The notes beneath the pieces are model-generated. The model was not told where the DNA came from. It was given only the letters and a program-made list of their open reading frames with translations, and did no database searches. Both the position numbers and the translations under genes were made by a program. Below are positions 39,229 through 49,738 of a DNA stretch of 64,000 nucleotides, piece by piece. How positions within the stretch are numbered: position 1 is the stretch's first letter; each line of letters opens with the position of its first letter. Source of the DNA: an uncultured Nitrospiraceae bacterium (lineage in GTDB: Bacteria; Nitrospirota; Thermodesulfovibrionia; Thermodesulfovibrionales; UBA6898); the NCBI GenBank assembly GCA_963811165.1, contig CAWEQH010000010.1:96001-160000 (forward strand), given 5' to 3'.

Positions 39229-39798
39229 CTACCGGCCGAAGCGGATGAACATATAAAACCCTATGAGAAAAGGTTCAAACCGTATCGCCATGTTGTCGGT
39301 AAAGCTCCAGAGGAACTGGGCAATGAACAGCTGCGGTGCGCTTTCTTTTTCGATACCCCTCTGAATAAGGACCTCGGTCAACGTCTTTAACTCCAGAGAA
39401 AATACATAGAGCAAATGTATCGCAAGGAGAATCAGAAGGGCCTCGGCATAGGCCCGCTTTCTTTTTCTGATAAAAAGAAACAGCGCGGCCATGAAAGAAA
39501 AGGTCAACGGCGCGTTGAACGTATAGGAAGACGTCTTGACGGGAATGTCAATGAGTACTTCCCTCTGACTGGAAGGCGCGAATGTTGCCTCAACGATATC
39601 TCCGTTACGGGTCCTCTCCTCAAAGCCGACATTCTTCACCAGGGTGATAAGTTTGGATGCGGTAACGGTGACGGCTGTTCCGTAGAGGTCTTTTACCTGG
39701 ATCCAGAGGAAAAGGAAAACGACATACGAAACGAAAAAGATGACGACGGCCCCAAAGACCTTTTTCCTACGAAGCGGCCGCTGTTTCGGTTCTTGCAT
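39229..39798 (-). CDS. Exosortase H-associated membrane protein
   Basis: Multi-TM protein overlapping the exosortase 3' end; called mainly from position. Confidence 0.6.
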   Translation of the reverse strand: MQEPKQRPLRRKKVFGAVVIFFVSYVVFLFLWIQVKDLYGTAVTVTASKLITLVKNVGFEERTRNGDIVEATFAPSSQREVLIDIPVKTSSYTFNAPLTFSFMAALFLFIRKRKRAYAEALLILLAIHLLYVFSLELKTLTEVLIQRGIEKESAPQLFIAQFLWSFTDNMAIRFEPFLIGFYMFIRFGR

Positions 39799-40336
39799 AA
39801 TGGAGATAAAGGAAAAATACGGCAAGGGAGACCGCGATCATCATGCCCTGAGCAATATAGATATGGATAATTTCGAAGAGGCCCCTGAAATGGATCCCGG
39901 AATAGGCCAACGAGGCGATCCTCAGAATATTTACCGCCTGAATAACGGCGAAGCCCGCCATAATGCCGATCAGCTTGTTCTTCAATGTGGAGGGAAACGC
40001 GACTACCGCAACGGAATAGATCATTACGGCCTCAAGGCCGTTACATCCGAATTTGATGTCGAGCGAAATCGAAGGGAGATTGATAATGGATCCCTGATAT
40101 GTACAGGGTATATTCAGTACGCCGAGGAGTTTCGACGCGGCCAGCACGACCCAGGTGGTATAGACCCCGTTAAGATCGATAATGTCTTGAATAGGTTTGA
40201 ATCCTATAAGTACGAAAAAGGCCCCCATAAGGGCAAGATAGGTGAGCGCGAAACGTTTGACGCTGATGGAGGCGCCTTTCGGCACCCGGACATCGGCGTT
40301 ACTTTTATTTGTCTCCTGTCTGGATTTTTTTGACAA
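39767..40336 (-). CDS. Exosortase/archaeosortase family transpeptidase (exosortase H-like)
   Basis: Catalytic triad motifs GCNGLEA (Cys), NILRIASL (Arg), IIHIYIAQ (His); about 190 aa, multi-TM. Confidence 0.8.
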   Translation of the reverse strand: MSKKSRQETNKSNADVRVPKGASISVKRFALTYLALMGAFFVLIGFKPIQDIIDLNGVYTTWVVLAASKLLGVLNIPCTYQGSIINLPSISLDIKFGCNGLEAVMIYSVAVVAFPSTLKNKLIGIMAGFAVIQAVNILRIASLAYSGIHFRGLFEIIHIYIAQGMMIAVSLAVFFLYLHYARTETAAAS

Positions 40337-40411
40337 GTTCGCTCTCCAAATAATGCGTTCTATTTATATCATAGCCCGAGGTATTAAGTAAACTTTTTTG
40401 GACCCATCACC

Positions 40412-40575
40412 GTACGGCTTCAGTTACGAGTAAGATTATGTTATGCAGGCCGTCATGCCGGACTTGATCCGGCATCCAGCGACTTTAAGGCCACGTCACT
40501 GGATTCCGGCTCAACACACTGCCGGAATGACAGACAGAAGAGTCAATGGCTTTTGACCCATAACTGAAGCCTTAC
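40412..40575. mobile_element. MITE (164 bp) with ~20-bp TIRs and 9-bp target-site duplication
   Basis: Ends GTACGGCTTCAGTTACGAGT / ACCCATAACTGAAGCCTTAC; CCCATCACC at 40403-40411 and 40576-40584; second copy at 58795-58988. Confidence 0.88.
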
Positions 40576-40653
40576 CCCATCACCGTCATTTTCTATTTTA
40601 TTGATATCATTAATCTTCTATAATAGTGAAACAAATTTGAGGAGAACCGAATA

Positions 40654-41193
40654 ATGGCGGAAGAAAAAAAGGAAAAGTGGCTGAACTATCTTGCGCTGAC
40701 AACAGTGATTCTGGCTGTCTGCGCTACCTTGTCTACCTTCAAGGGCGGCAATTTCTCAACCTTGGCCGTCATGAGCCAGAGCAGGGCGTCCGACCAATGG
40801 TCGTATTACCAAGCCAAGAGTATAAAGGGCTATGTCTATGAGATACAGAAGGAAAAGCTCGAACTCGAGCTGAAGGGGATGGGTCCGAGGGCCTCGAAGT
40901 CCCTGGCAGAGGGGTATGAGAAGAAGATAGATGAGTATGCAAAAAAGACGAAAAAATACGACGGGGAAAGGGCGAAGATAGACAATGACGCCAGGGAGCT
41001 TGAGAGGATCAGGGACGACGCGCAGAAGCATTCCAGGGCCTTCGGCATGGCGGTGATATTCCTGCAGATAGCGATCCTCCTGTCTTCCATCGCGGCCCTG
41101 ATGAAGAAAAAACTTCTCTGGCTGCTCGGCTGCCTCGTGGGCATCTTCGGGATCGTATATTTTGCGAATGGATTTTTCCTCTTCATAAGATAG
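40654..41193 (+). CDS. DUF4337 family membrane protein
   Basis: ALTTVILAV...ASDQWSYYQAKSIK...LQIAILLSSIAAL. Confidence 0.75.
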   Translation: MAEEKKEKWLNYLALTTVILAVCATLSTFKGGNFSTLAVMSQSRASDQWSYYQAKSIKGYVYEIQKEKLELELKGMGPRASKSLAEGYEKKIDEYAKKTKKYDGERAKIDNDARELERIRDDAQKHSRAFGMAVIFLQIAILLSSIAALMKKKLLWLLGCLVGIFGIVYFANGFFLFIR

Positions 41194-41200
41194 GAAGGAC

Positions 41201-42382
41201 ATGGGAAGCGGTGCTATGAAGAAGGTCCACCTAAAAAGGACGAAAAGGATTCTGGGGGGACACCTGTGGGTGTTTTCCAACGAGGTATATGAAACGATGC
41301 GGGGGTATGTTCCGGGTTCACTCGTAGAGCTTTTTGACCGGCAGGAGAACTTTCTCGGGATCGGGTACATTAACCCCAACAGTCTTATTTCGATAAGGAT
41401 ACTTTCCCGGGAGCGTGTGGAGATAGACCGCGAGTTTCTCAGAGGGAGGCTGCGCGCGGCATTAGACCTGAGGGAGAAACTTTTCGAAGGCAGGGAGGCC
41501 CTGAGGCTTGTCTACAGCGAGGGGGATTATCTTCCCGGACTGATCGTAGACAAGTACGGCAAGTGCATCGTCCTACAGTTCCTTACTTATGGCATCGAGA
41601 GTTTTAAAGACCTGATTATCGAACTGCTCGATGAGATGCTCGACCCGGACACAATAGTGCTTAAGAATGAAAGCCGTTCCCGTTTGCTCGAGGGGCTTTC
41701 CCTCTATAAGGAAGTGGTGAAGGGCTCACTCGAAAAACTTCCCGTGATTGCGGAAAACGGGGTGTCTGTCGAAGTAGATCCCTATGGCGGGCAGAAGACC
41801 GGCTTTTTTTTGGACCAGAAGGAAAACAGAAGGACACTGAGGCGATACGTAAGAGGAGGGAAGGGGCTGGATCTTTTTTGTTACACCGGCGCGTGGTCTC
41901 TCAATCTCGCGTTCTCGGGTGCCGAGGTAACGGGGGTAGATGAGTCGGAGAGGGCGATAGGACAGGCAGTAAAAAACGCTGTGATGAATGCCCTTCAGGA
42001 CAGGGCGACGTTCGTGCGTGATGAAGTCTTCTCTTTTTTAAGGAGGAAGGCGGCGGAGGAAGGGAACAGAAATGATTTCATCGTATGTGATCCGCCCGCA
42101 TTTGTGAAAAGCTCAGCGAAGATCAAAGAGGCGGTAAAAGCCTATCGGGAGCTCAACGGCCTATGTATGAGGCTTCTGAAGCCCGGTGGTCTTCTTGCGA
42201 CTTCCTCTTGCTCCTATCACCTCGGGAGGGAGATGTTTCTCGAAATGCTCCGGGACGCATCGAGGGACGCACGGAGAGGACTGAGATTGATTGAACTCCG
42301 TTCACAGGACAGGGACCATCCGGTCCTCCTTTCAATGCCCGAGACCGAATATCTGAAATGCGCCTTTTTGGTTGTGGACTAG
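41201..42382 (+). CDS. RlmI/RlmK-like SAM-dependent rRNA methyltransferase
   Basis: GHLWVFSNE PUA-like N-terminus, GQKTGFFLDQ, LDLFCYTG, DPPAF, SSCS, PETEYLK. Confidence 0.9.
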   Translation: MGSGAMKKVHLKRTKRILGGHLWVFSNEVYETMRGYVPGSLVELFDRQENFLGIGYINPNSLISIRILSRERVEIDREFLRGRLRAALDLREKLFEGREALRLVYSEGDYLPGLIVDKYGKCIVLQFLTYGIESFKDLIIELLDEMLDPDTIVLKNESRSRLLEGLSLYKEVVKGSLEKLPVIAENGVSVEVDPYGGQKTGFFLDQKENRRTLRRYVRGGKGLDLFCYTGAWSLNLAFSGAEVTGVDESERAIGQAVKNAVMNALQDRATFVRDEVFSFLRRKAAEEGNRNDFIVCDPPAFVKSSAKIKEAVKAYRELNGLCMRLLKPGGLLATSSCSYHLGREMFLEMLRDASRDARRGLRLIELRSQDRDHPVLLSMPETEYLKCAFLVVD

Positions 42383-42385
42383 ATA

Positions 42386-43090
42386 ATGAAAAGTTTCTCA
42401 AGAGACTTTAACTTGAAATATGCATTTAATCCAGGAACATGTTCCGAAAAACTTTATAATGTCGCAATCGGAGGGTCAAGGAATTGGAAAACCACTTGGA
42501 TGGAGACCTCCGCCCTTCAAAGTGACATACCCCTTTCGAAGGTGGCGCAGATAAAGATTTTTCTCCACATGCTCCTGCATTCCTTTGTTTTGGCAGCGCT
42601 GCTGTTCGGTTTTAGCGAAAGGGCTGTTGCGGAGTTAAGAGATAACGCCGGAGATGCCGCGAGGGTTATGCGGGTGAACGACGGCGATACGGTCACTGTT
42701 ACGCTCAATGGACGCCGCGAGAAGATAAGACTGATCGGGATCGATGCCCCTGAGATGGGGCAGGGCTCCTGGGGTGAGAGGGCAAAGAGACATCTCGAAG
42801 ATATCCTCCATTCGTCAAGGAATGTGTATGTAGAGTATGATGTCGAAAGACGTGACAAGTACGGCCGTCTCCTTGCGTATGTAAGAACGACCGGCGGCAG
42901 ATTGGTAAACGCCGAGATGCTTAAGGACGGCTACGCGGTGTTATTTACATTCCCTCCCAACGTGAAGCGTGTGGAGGAGTTTACTTCAGCCCAGAGGCAG
43001 GCGAGAGAGAGTAAACGGGGGATCTGGGGCAAGGACGGTCTGTCGCAGTTGCCGGTACAGTACAGGAGGACGCATCCGAGAAGGCTATAA
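42386..43090 (+). CDS. Thermonuclease (SNase) family protein; true start probably downstream (~42569)
   Basis: VNDGDT, IRLIGIDAPE, DKYGRLLAYV, VNAEMLKDGYA. Confidence 0.88.
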   Translation: MKSFSRDFNLKYAFNPGTCSEKLYNVAIGGSRNWKTTWMETSALQSDIPLSKVAQIKIFLHMLLHSFVLAALLFGFSERAVAELRDNAGDAARVMRVNDGDTVTVTLNGRREKIRLIGIDAPEMGQGSWGERAKRHLEDILHSSRNVYVEYDVERRDKYGRLLAYVRTTGGRLVNAEMLKDGYAVLFTFPPNVKRVEEFTSAQRQARESKRGIWGKDGLSQLPVQYRRTHPRRL

Positions 43091-43096
43091 AAAGGG

Positions 43097-43942
43097 TTAC
43101 GCTATTTTTCCCCTCTTTATCGCGTCCGCGACCTTTGCGACCTTCGCCATTTCTTTGACATCGTGAACGCGGACGATATTGGCCCCTTTTATGATCGAAA
43201 TCGCTACGGCGGCCGCAGTACCCTCCAGACGTTCGGTCGCAGGGGCGTTGTCAAGGACCTTGCCTATGAATGCCTTCCTCGACGGCCCAACGAGAATCGG
43301 CCTGCCCAGGGAGGTGAATTTGTCCAGGTTGTGCAGTATCTCCAGGTTATGGTCGAACGTCTTTCCGAATCCCAGGCCCGGATCGATTACTATCCTGCCC
43401 TCCGGTATCCCGGCGTTCACTGCAAAGGCGATCCTCGTTTTCATGAATTCCAATATCTCTGGAATCAGCGCGGCATAAGAGGGGGCCTGCTGCATATTTT
43501 TCGGGCTTCCCTTCATATGCATGATCACGACAGGGACCCCGTAGTGCGAAATAACGGCCGGCATCTCCGGGTCGAACCTCAGGCCGCTTATGTCATTGAC
43601 GATTGAGGCGCCCGCATCGATCGCCCTTCGGGCCACGTCCGCCTTGTAGGTGTCTATGGAGATAGGGACCTTCACTTGAGATGCGAGTGACTCAATCACC
43701 GGAAGGGTCCGGCGGAGTTCTTCCTCTAGTGACACCGGTTCAGAACCCGGCCGTGTCGACTCACCGCCGATATCGAGGATGTCGGCGCCGTCGCCGACCA
43801 TGCGCAGGCCGCTTTCGACGGCACTGGGTCCGGCAAAGTGGACCCCTCCGTCTGAAAAGGAATCCGGGGTAATGTTAAGGATCCCCATGATACAGGTTTT
43901 GCGGGAGAGGTTTAGAAAAAAATTGTTCCAGGTAAGGTTCAC
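43097..43942 (-). CDS. folP: Dihydropteroate synthase
   Basis: MGILNITPDSFSDGG, DIGGESTRPG, DPGLGFGK, SRKAFIG, VRVHDV. Confidence 0.97.
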   Translation of the reverse strand: MNLTWNNFFLNLSRKTCIMGILNITPDSFSDGGVHFAGPSAVESGLRMVGDGADILDIGGESTRPGSEPVSLEEELRRTLPVIESLASQVKVPISIDTYKADVARRAIDAGASIVNDISGLRFDPEMPAVISHYGVPVVIMHMKGSPKNMQQAPSYAALIPEILEFMKTRIAFAVNAGIPEGRIVIDPGLGFGKTFDHNLEILHNLDKFTSLGRPILVGPSRKAFIGKVLDNAPATERLEGTAAAVAISIIKGANIVRVHDVKEMAKVAKVADAIKRGKIA

Positions 43943-43959
43943 TGTCCGGCCCTCAAAGC

Positions 43960-45759
43960 CTAGGCAGTCTGTGTTTCGAATTCCTGGATCATCTCCTCTA
44001 TTTCGGGGCCGTCCATCGTCTCTTTTTCGAGGAGGTGCTTTGCAAACGTATCGAGCAGCCCATACTTGTCTTTCAGCAGGTTCTTTGAGGCCTCATATGC
44101 CTCAAAGATTATCTTTTTTACCTCATCGTCGATATCGATCGCGGTCTTCTCGCTATAGTCCTTGTGTTGTGCGATCTCCCTCCCAAGGAATATCTGCTCA
44201 TCTTTTTTACCGTAAGAAAGCGGACCGAGTTTCTCGCTCATACCCCAGACGGTGACCATTTTTCGGGCAAGTTCAGTGGCCCGTTCGATATCGTTTCCCG
44301 CACCGGTGGTCATATGGTTCAGTGCAAGTTCTTCGGCGACCCTTCCACCCATGAGCACCCTGAGCGTTTTGATCAAATAGTCCTTGGAATAGGTATATCT
44401 GTCGTCTATCGGCAGCTGCTGTGTTACGCCGAGGGCCCTTCCTCTGGGGATTATGCTCACTTTGTGGATCGGGTCAGTCCCGGGCGTAAGCTTGGCGACG
44501 AGGGCATGCCCCGCCTCATGGTAGGCGGTGTTCTTTTTCTCTGAGTCGCTGATGATCATACTCTTTCTCTCCACACCCATGAGCACCTTGTCCTTTGCAG
44601 ATTCGAAGTCGTGGTTTTCGACCTTTGTCTTGGACTGCCTGGCCGCAAGGAGCGCCGCCTCGTTTACAAGATTGGCCAGGTCGGCACCCGAAAATCCGGG
44701 AGTTCCTCTTGAGATCTTATCGAGGTTGACCTTCTCATCAAGCGGTATGTTCCTGGTATGTACCTTCAATATCTCAAGCCTGCCCTTTACGTCGGGCAGA
44801 GAAACGACTACCTGACGGTCGAACCTTCCCGGCCTGAGAAGGGCCGGGTCTAAGACATCAGGCCTGTTTGTGGCAGCGATAATGATGACTCCCTCGGTGC
44901 CTTCGAAGCCGTCCATTTCGACAAGGAGCTGGTTGAGTGTCTGCTCGCGCTCGTCATGTCCGCCGCCGAGGCCTGCACCTCTGTGCCTTCCCACTGCATC
45001 TATCTCGTCTATGAAAATAATGCAGGGTGCGTTTTTCTTGGCCTGCTCGAAAAGGTCCCTCACTCTTGAGGCGCCGACGCCTACGAACATCTCGACGAAG
45101 TCAGAACCGCTTATACTGAAGAAAGGCACGCCGGCCTCTCCTGCGATGGCCTTTGCAAGAAGCGTCTTGCCCGTACCGGGCGAGCCGACTAGAAGTACCC
45201 CTTTGGGTATCTTCCCTCCCAATTTCTGGAATTTCTGCGGGTCCTTGAGGAAGTCTATGATCTCCTGTACTTCACCCTTGGCCTCCTCGACGCCGGCCAC
45301 ATCGGCAAACGTAACTTTTACCGATTTTTCTGAGATCAGCCTGGCCTTCGACTTCCCGAACGACAATGCCTTGTTCCCGCCGCTTTGCATCTGCCGCATA
45401 AAAAAGATCCAGATGACTGCGATAAAGATTATCGGTCCCCAGGTGAAAAAGAGGTTGACGTACCACGGGTTCTGGTCCGGCGGTTTGACGGTTATCTTGA
45501 CGTTCTGCGCGCGGAGGGCCTTCATGAGGTCGGGGTAATCCGTATAATAGGTCTTGAATTTGGCGCCGTCCTTAAAGCGTCCTGTGATGGTGTTTTCTTT
45601 TATCGTGACTTCGTCTAGCTGCGCAGCTTCGAGTTTCGTCATAAAATCGGAAAAGATTATCTCTTCCGATGATTTTTTCGGGGCGTTCAGAAGATTGAAG
45701 AGCAATATCACCATCAATCCTATGAGGAGCCATATAAAGAGGCTTCTATACGTGTTCAA
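43960..45759 (-). CDS. ftsH: ATP-dependent zinc metalloprotease FtsH
   Basis: [28 protein letters not shown]. Confidence 0.98.
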   Translation of the reverse strand: MNTYRSLFIWLLIGLMVILLFNLLNAPKKSSEEIIFSDFMTKLEAAQLDEVTIKENTITGRFKDGAKFKTYYTDYPDLMKALRAQNVKITVKPPDQNPWYVNLFFTWGPIIFIAVIWIFFMRQMQSGGNKALSFGKSKARLISEKSVKVTFADVAGVEEAKGEVQEIIDFLKDPQKFQKLGGKIPKGVLLVGSPGTGKTLLAKAIAGEAGVPFFSISGSDFVEMFVGVGASRVRDLFEQAKKNAPCIIFIDEIDAVGRHRGAGLGGGHDEREQTLNQLLVEMDGFEGTEGVIIIAATNRPDVLDPALLRPGRFDRQVVVSLPDVKGRLEILKVHTRNIPLDEKVNLDKISRGTPGFSGADLANLVNEAALLAARQSKTKVENHDFESAKDKVLMGVERKSMIISDSEKKNTAYHEAGHALVAKLTPGTDPIHKVSIIPRGRALGVTQQLPIDDRYTYSKDYLIKTLRVLMGGRVAEELALNHMTTGAGNDIERATELARKMVTVWGMSEKLGPLSYGKKDEQIFLGREIAQHKDYSEKTAIDIDDEVKKIIFEAYEASKNLLKDKYGLLDTFAKHLLEKETMDGPEIEEMIQEFETQTA

Positions 45760-45972
45760 TTCAATTCCTCCATAATATCTGTTTATTCTACCATATTACT
45801 TACAAAAATAATAAACTTCAGATATCCCTTCAGTCGCAAAATGGAAATACACCAAGATCCGGGAAGAAGGCTTCCCGACCTTGCTGCCGGCAGGCAGGTG
45901 TGATTTACTTGCGGGAATGACAGAAAAAGCTCTTCCACTCGATGATTATCATTCCGGAATTTTTCTCCTTCT

Positions 45973-46710
45973 TTAAATAGACAGGGGATACGGACCGTCC
46001 GCAATCAGCCCCTTTTGAAGGGAGATGAGTCTTGCGATACCCTCTTTGGACAACCGGAGCAAATTTTCGAGGGTTTCCGTCGAAAAAGGATGCCCCTCCG
46101 CCGTGCCCTGGATCTCGACGAGCTGTTCCTTTCCCGTCATCACAATGTTCATGTCCACGTCAGCGGCCGAGTCTTCCTGGTAACAGAGGTCCAGCATATT
46201 TTCCCCGTTGACGATGCCGATGCTCACTGCGGCGAGGTAGTCCTTTATCGGGTTCTTCTGAATGAGCCCTTTCCTGACGGCAAGCCCGCAGGCGTCCGCA
46301 AGACAGATAAAGGCTCCGGTGATCGCAGCGGTCCTTGTGCCGCCGTCTGCCTGGATCACGTCGCAATCTATCCAGAAGGTCTTTTGACCGATGCTCCCCA
46401 AGTCGACGACCGACCTAAGAGACCTGCCGATGAGTCTTTGGATCTCATGGGTCCGGCCGCTGATTCTCCCTGCTGTCGATTCCCTCAGGGTCCTTATCTG
46501 GGTGGCCCTTGGAAGCATCGAATATTCCGCCGTTACCCATCCCCTGTTCTGGTCTTTAAGAAAGGGGGGGACCCTGTCCTCGACTGTGGCCGTACAGATG
46601 ACGCGCGTCTTGCCCAGTTCCATCAAAACGGAACCCTCCGCAGTGCTGATAAAATCGCGTGTTATTTTTACCTCACGCAATTCGTTGTATTGTCTCCCAT
46701 CAGGCCTCAT
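45973..46710 (-). CDS. rph: Ribonuclease PH
   Basis: [42 protein letters not shown]. Confidence 0.97.
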   Translation of the reverse strand: MRPDGRQYNELREVKITRDFISTAEGSVLMELGKTRVICTATVEDRVPPFLKDQNRGWVTAEYSMLPRATQIRTLRESTAGRISGRTHEIQRLIGRSLRSVVDLGSIGQKTFWIDCDVIQADGGTRTAAITGAFICLADACGLAVRKGLIQKNPIKDYLAAVSIGIVNGENMLDLCYQEDSAADVDMNIVMTGKEQLVEIQGTAEGHPFSTETLENLLRLSKEGIARLISLQKGLIADGPYPLSI

Positions 46711-46713
46711 CTG

Positions 46714-47529
46714 CTACACCTCCGGTTCTAATTCGATTTTTCTTATAAACTCAATCTTCCTGCCGATGAACCGCTCGCCGATTTCGATGAATTTGTCGGG
46801 CGAATCCGTCACATAAAATTCCCTGGCGATATCGCCCGAAGCCGGCTTGAGCAGCGACAAACGGCCGAGGGTCTCTTTGATCTCTGCGGCCGTTTCTATC
46901 GCAGAGTCTATGAGGGTAACGCCGGGCCCCATAATTTTTGATAAGACGTTTTTTAAGAGAGGATAGTGAGTACAGCCGAGGACGAGCGTGTCGATCCCCT
47001 TTTCCCTCACGTCCCCGAGGTATCGTTCGGCCGTCATCTCGACAATCGGGCCGTCGGTCCAACCCTCCTCGACAAGGGGGACAAAAAGCGGGCAGGACAT
47101 GGGGAAGACTTCGACGGAGGAATCGGCCGCAAGTATCGCCTTCGTATAGGAACCGCTCCTGATCGTGGCCGACGTCCCTATCACCGCCACTCTTTTATTT
47201 TTTGTCGCATTGACCGCGGCCTTTGCTCCGGGCTCTATGACCCCAATGACAGGGATGCCGACGGACTTTTTGATTGCCTCGAGGCTGACCGCAGAGACCG
47301 TATTGCAGGCCACAACGAGCATCTTTATTCCTCGTGAAGAAAGAAACCTGGTATTTTCGAAGGAATACCGCGTAACGGTTTCCGGCGACCGTATGCCGTA
47401 CGGGACCCTTGCGGTGTCGCCGAGGTAGGCCGTGCTTTCCAGTGGGAGTTTATCGAGTATCTCCTTCAACACCGTCAGCCCCCCGATACCTGAATCAAAC
47501 ACCCCTATGGGTTTTGCATGCTCATTCAT
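46714..47529 (-). CDS. murI: Glutamate racemase
   Basis: FDSGIGGLTV, VVACNT, LGCTHYP. Confidence 0.96.
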   Translation of the reverse strand: MNEHAKPIGVFDSGIGGLTVLKEILDKLPLESTAYLGDTARVPYGIRSPETVTRYSFENTRFLSSRGIKMLVVACNTVSAVSLEAIKKSVGIPVIGVIEPGAKAAVNATKNKRVAVIGTSATIRSGSYTKAILAADSSVEVFPMSCPLFVPLVEEGWTDGPIVEMTAERYLGDVREKGIDTLVLGCTHYPLLKNVLSKIMGPGVTLIDSAIETAAEIKETLGRLSLLKPASGDIAREFYVTDSPDKFIEIGERFIGRKIEFIRKIELEPEV

Positions 47530-48118
47530 CGGAGACCCTGGAGTCGCCTTTAAACTCATAGGCCACCGTATTTTTTAAGGGATATTTAAGATAGACATGG
47601 CCGCCGAGCGTTTCGGCCTCCTTCCCTTCGATGAGTATCTTTATGTCCTGGACATCCTGGAGGTTAGAGATAAGGCTTTCGTAAACGCCTTTAAGCAGCA
47701 GATATTCACTCAGTGCGTCTCCCTGAAAATTTCGGCGCAGTTCATCGGAGAGGTCTACGTAAAGCATCTGCGAAGCGTCCCTGTAGAGGCCAAGCAACTT
47801 TACATTTTGCGGGAACTGAGGGGATTTGCCGTTGCCCGGCCCCTTGAGGTATTCCTCGACGACAGCACCGGCCATTGTAAGCTGCTTTGTCCTTCTGGAG
47901 ACCTTCTTTTCAGTGAGCACCAGCCGGCCATCGACGGGGTAATAGAACCTAAGGGCAATGACTTCATCCGCACCCTGCGGGACGTTGTCCTGAACAGACC
48001 CGGTCGTCTCTGCGGGCTTTTCCTTTAAAGTAAACTTTTTAAAAAGAAAGAAGCCGCCCGAAGCTCCGGCCAAAAAAAAGAGCACCACCAGAATGACCCA
48101 AATTCTTTTACTGTTCAT
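47522..48118 (-). CDS. GerMN-domain membrane protein
   Basis: N-terminal TM helix, VEEYLKGP, LYVDLS, ILIEGKEAETLGGHV. Confidence 0.8.
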   Translation of the reverse strand: MNSKRIWVILVVLFFLAGASGGFFLFKKFTLKEKPAETTGSVQDNVPQGADEVIALRFYYPVDGRLVLTEKKVSRRTKQLTMAGAVVEEYLKGPGNGKSPQFPQNVKLLGLYRDASQMLYVDLSDELRRNFQGDALSEYLLLKGVYESLISNLQDVQDIKILIEGKEAETLGGHVYLKYPLKNTVAYEFKGDSRVSDE

Positions 48119-49181
48119 AGCCTGAAACGCCTTTAAGGATTGAAGCGACAAACTTCTCACGCATTTTTTGGTCCGACGCGTACGTTTTCAGCGAAGGATA
48201 TTCTATCATTATCGCGGGTGCGTTGAGGGAATTGAGGACCGGCAGAGGCAGTTCCCTCAGCACGACCTCGGCATTGAAGTCCCTTTTGAGATTTAAGGCG
48301 ATTACCTTCGCCGCCTCTTTGCTCCTGGAGAGGTGCATGCCCTGCCTTGACGACAGACCATAGAGTTTGATCGCCGAGTCGACATTTACGTCTTCCATGG
48401 CGGAAACATACACGACGAAGCCGTTTCCCAACGCGGCATGGATACTTATGAAAAGATCAGGGGTCTTGCCGTTGGCAAAATTTATTCTTTCACTAATCGG
48501 TACAGACTGGTCGACCTTGCGGCCAAGAAAGACCGTAAACCCTTTCTTTGCCATGGCGGTACTAAGGTCCTTCGACAAAGCCAGGTTGACGTCCTTCTCT
48601 CTTGTGTCCTCAGACACGATGCCGTAATCGTAGCCGCCGTGGCCGGGATCAAGGACGATCACTCTTTTTTTATTGGTCTTCTCGACCGGTTTGGCAGGCG
48701 GCGGCAGCTGCTGTTTTTGAGCGGTCTGGGGCGGCTGCGGTACGGCCGCGGATGGCGGTCCCGGGCTCACGATCGGCCCGAAGTTTTGAGGGATCTTTTG
48801 TTCAGGCTTGGGCGGCGCCTCTTTTTGGGCCTTTGCCGACAGGGTAAGGTCGAAAACGAGTCTTGAGGGCGCAGAGAGATACGACGATTTTACTTCGACG
48901 ACGTCTTTAAGAAAGATGTACAAAGAGCGGCCCCTTTTTGCGGTCTCGTAGAAAAAATCCTTGGGCTTTCTGATATCAAACGCAAAGGGGAAATCTATCT
49001 TTATTGCAGCCGCGGAGGCCGATACGTGAGAGTTCTTTATAGAATCGTCGTCCGCCTCGAGCACAATGCGCATCGTCGCGTTTTGCCTGCTGTACCTCAG
49101 AGATACATCAGCCGTCTTTTCAGCGGACAATCGGAAGGCCCCAAAGAGCAGGATAATCGAGATAAGAATAATTCTTTTCAT
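48108..49181 (-). CDS. N-acetylmuramoyl-L-alanine amidase (Amidase_3), exported
   Basis: Signal peptide, Pro/Gln linker, LDPGHGG, EKDVNL, ISIHA, MIEY. Confidence 0.85.
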   Translation of the reverse strand: MKRIILISIILLFGAFRLSAEKTADVSLRYSRQNATMRIVLEADDDSIKNSHVSASAAAIKIDFPFAFDIRKPKDFFYETAKRGRSLYIFLKDVVEVKSSYLSAPSRLVFDLTLSAKAQKEAPPKPEQKIPQNFGPIVSPGPPSAAVPQPPQTAQKQQLPPPAKPVEKTNKKRVIVLDPGHGGYDYGIVSEDTREKDVNLALSKDLSTAMAKKGFTVFLGRKVDQSVPISERINFANGKTPDLFISIHAALGNGFVVYVSAMEDVNVDSAIKLYGLSSRQGMHLSRSKEAAKVIALNLKRDFNAEVVLRELPLPVLNSLNAPAIMIEYPSLKTYASDQKMREKFVASILKGVSGYEQ

Positions 49182-49303
49182 TGTCGTTGTTCATACATTT
49201 TCCATATATGCGGGACCTTTTGCAATATCACCGCTTTTTTGGGACCGGGGACGAATCGCCCGGTGGAGTTCATATCGGCAGAGAAAAACATGAGCACAGG
49301 AGC

Positions 49304-49336
49304 TTGACAAAACATATAAACGTATGGTTATATGTT
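49304..49336 (+). promoter_or_regulatory. Promoter with ArsR-type operator palindrome
   Basis: TTGACA at 49304 followed by perfect inverted repeat AACATATAA-N8-TTATATGTT (49311-49336), ending 3 nt before the ATG. Confidence 0.7.
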
Positions 49337-49339
49337 GAT

Positions 49340-49738
49340 ATGAAAAGTATCGCAAGGACGATGAAACTCCTCTCTGACACCGCGCGCCTGAGGATCCTGA
49401 TGGTTCTCACGAAACGTGAGTTGTGCGTATGCCAGATCATGGGGGTGCTCGGCATCTCGCAGCCGCTGGTTTCCCGCAACCTCGCACTTCTCAAGGACGC
49501 CGGTTTGCTCGACGAGCGAAAAGACGGAAAACTCGTCTTTTATTCCATAAAGAAGGACATGGCGCCCACCCACAGGAAGATCGTGGGTGTATTGAGGGAG
49601 GCCATGAAGTCTGATAGGATTTTATCAGAGGACCTCAGGTCCCTTATGGACTGCGAAGAATTCCGGAAAAAGACGGGCAGATGCGACATGAAGACCTTTT
49701 CCGATTTTGTGAAGAGGAGGAGGGCGAGGGCAACATAA
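49340..49738 (+). CDS. ArsR/SmtB family transcriptional regulator
   Basis: LSDTARLRIL, ELCVCQI, ISQPLVSRNLALLKDAGL; extra C-terminal cysteines. Confidence 0.92.
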   Translation: MKSIARTMKLLSDTARLRILMVLTKRELCVCQIMGVLGISQPLVSRNLALLKDAGLLDERKDGKLVFYSIKKDMAPTHRKIVGVLREAMKSDRILSEDLRSLMDCEEFRKKTGRCDMKTFSDFVKRRRARAT

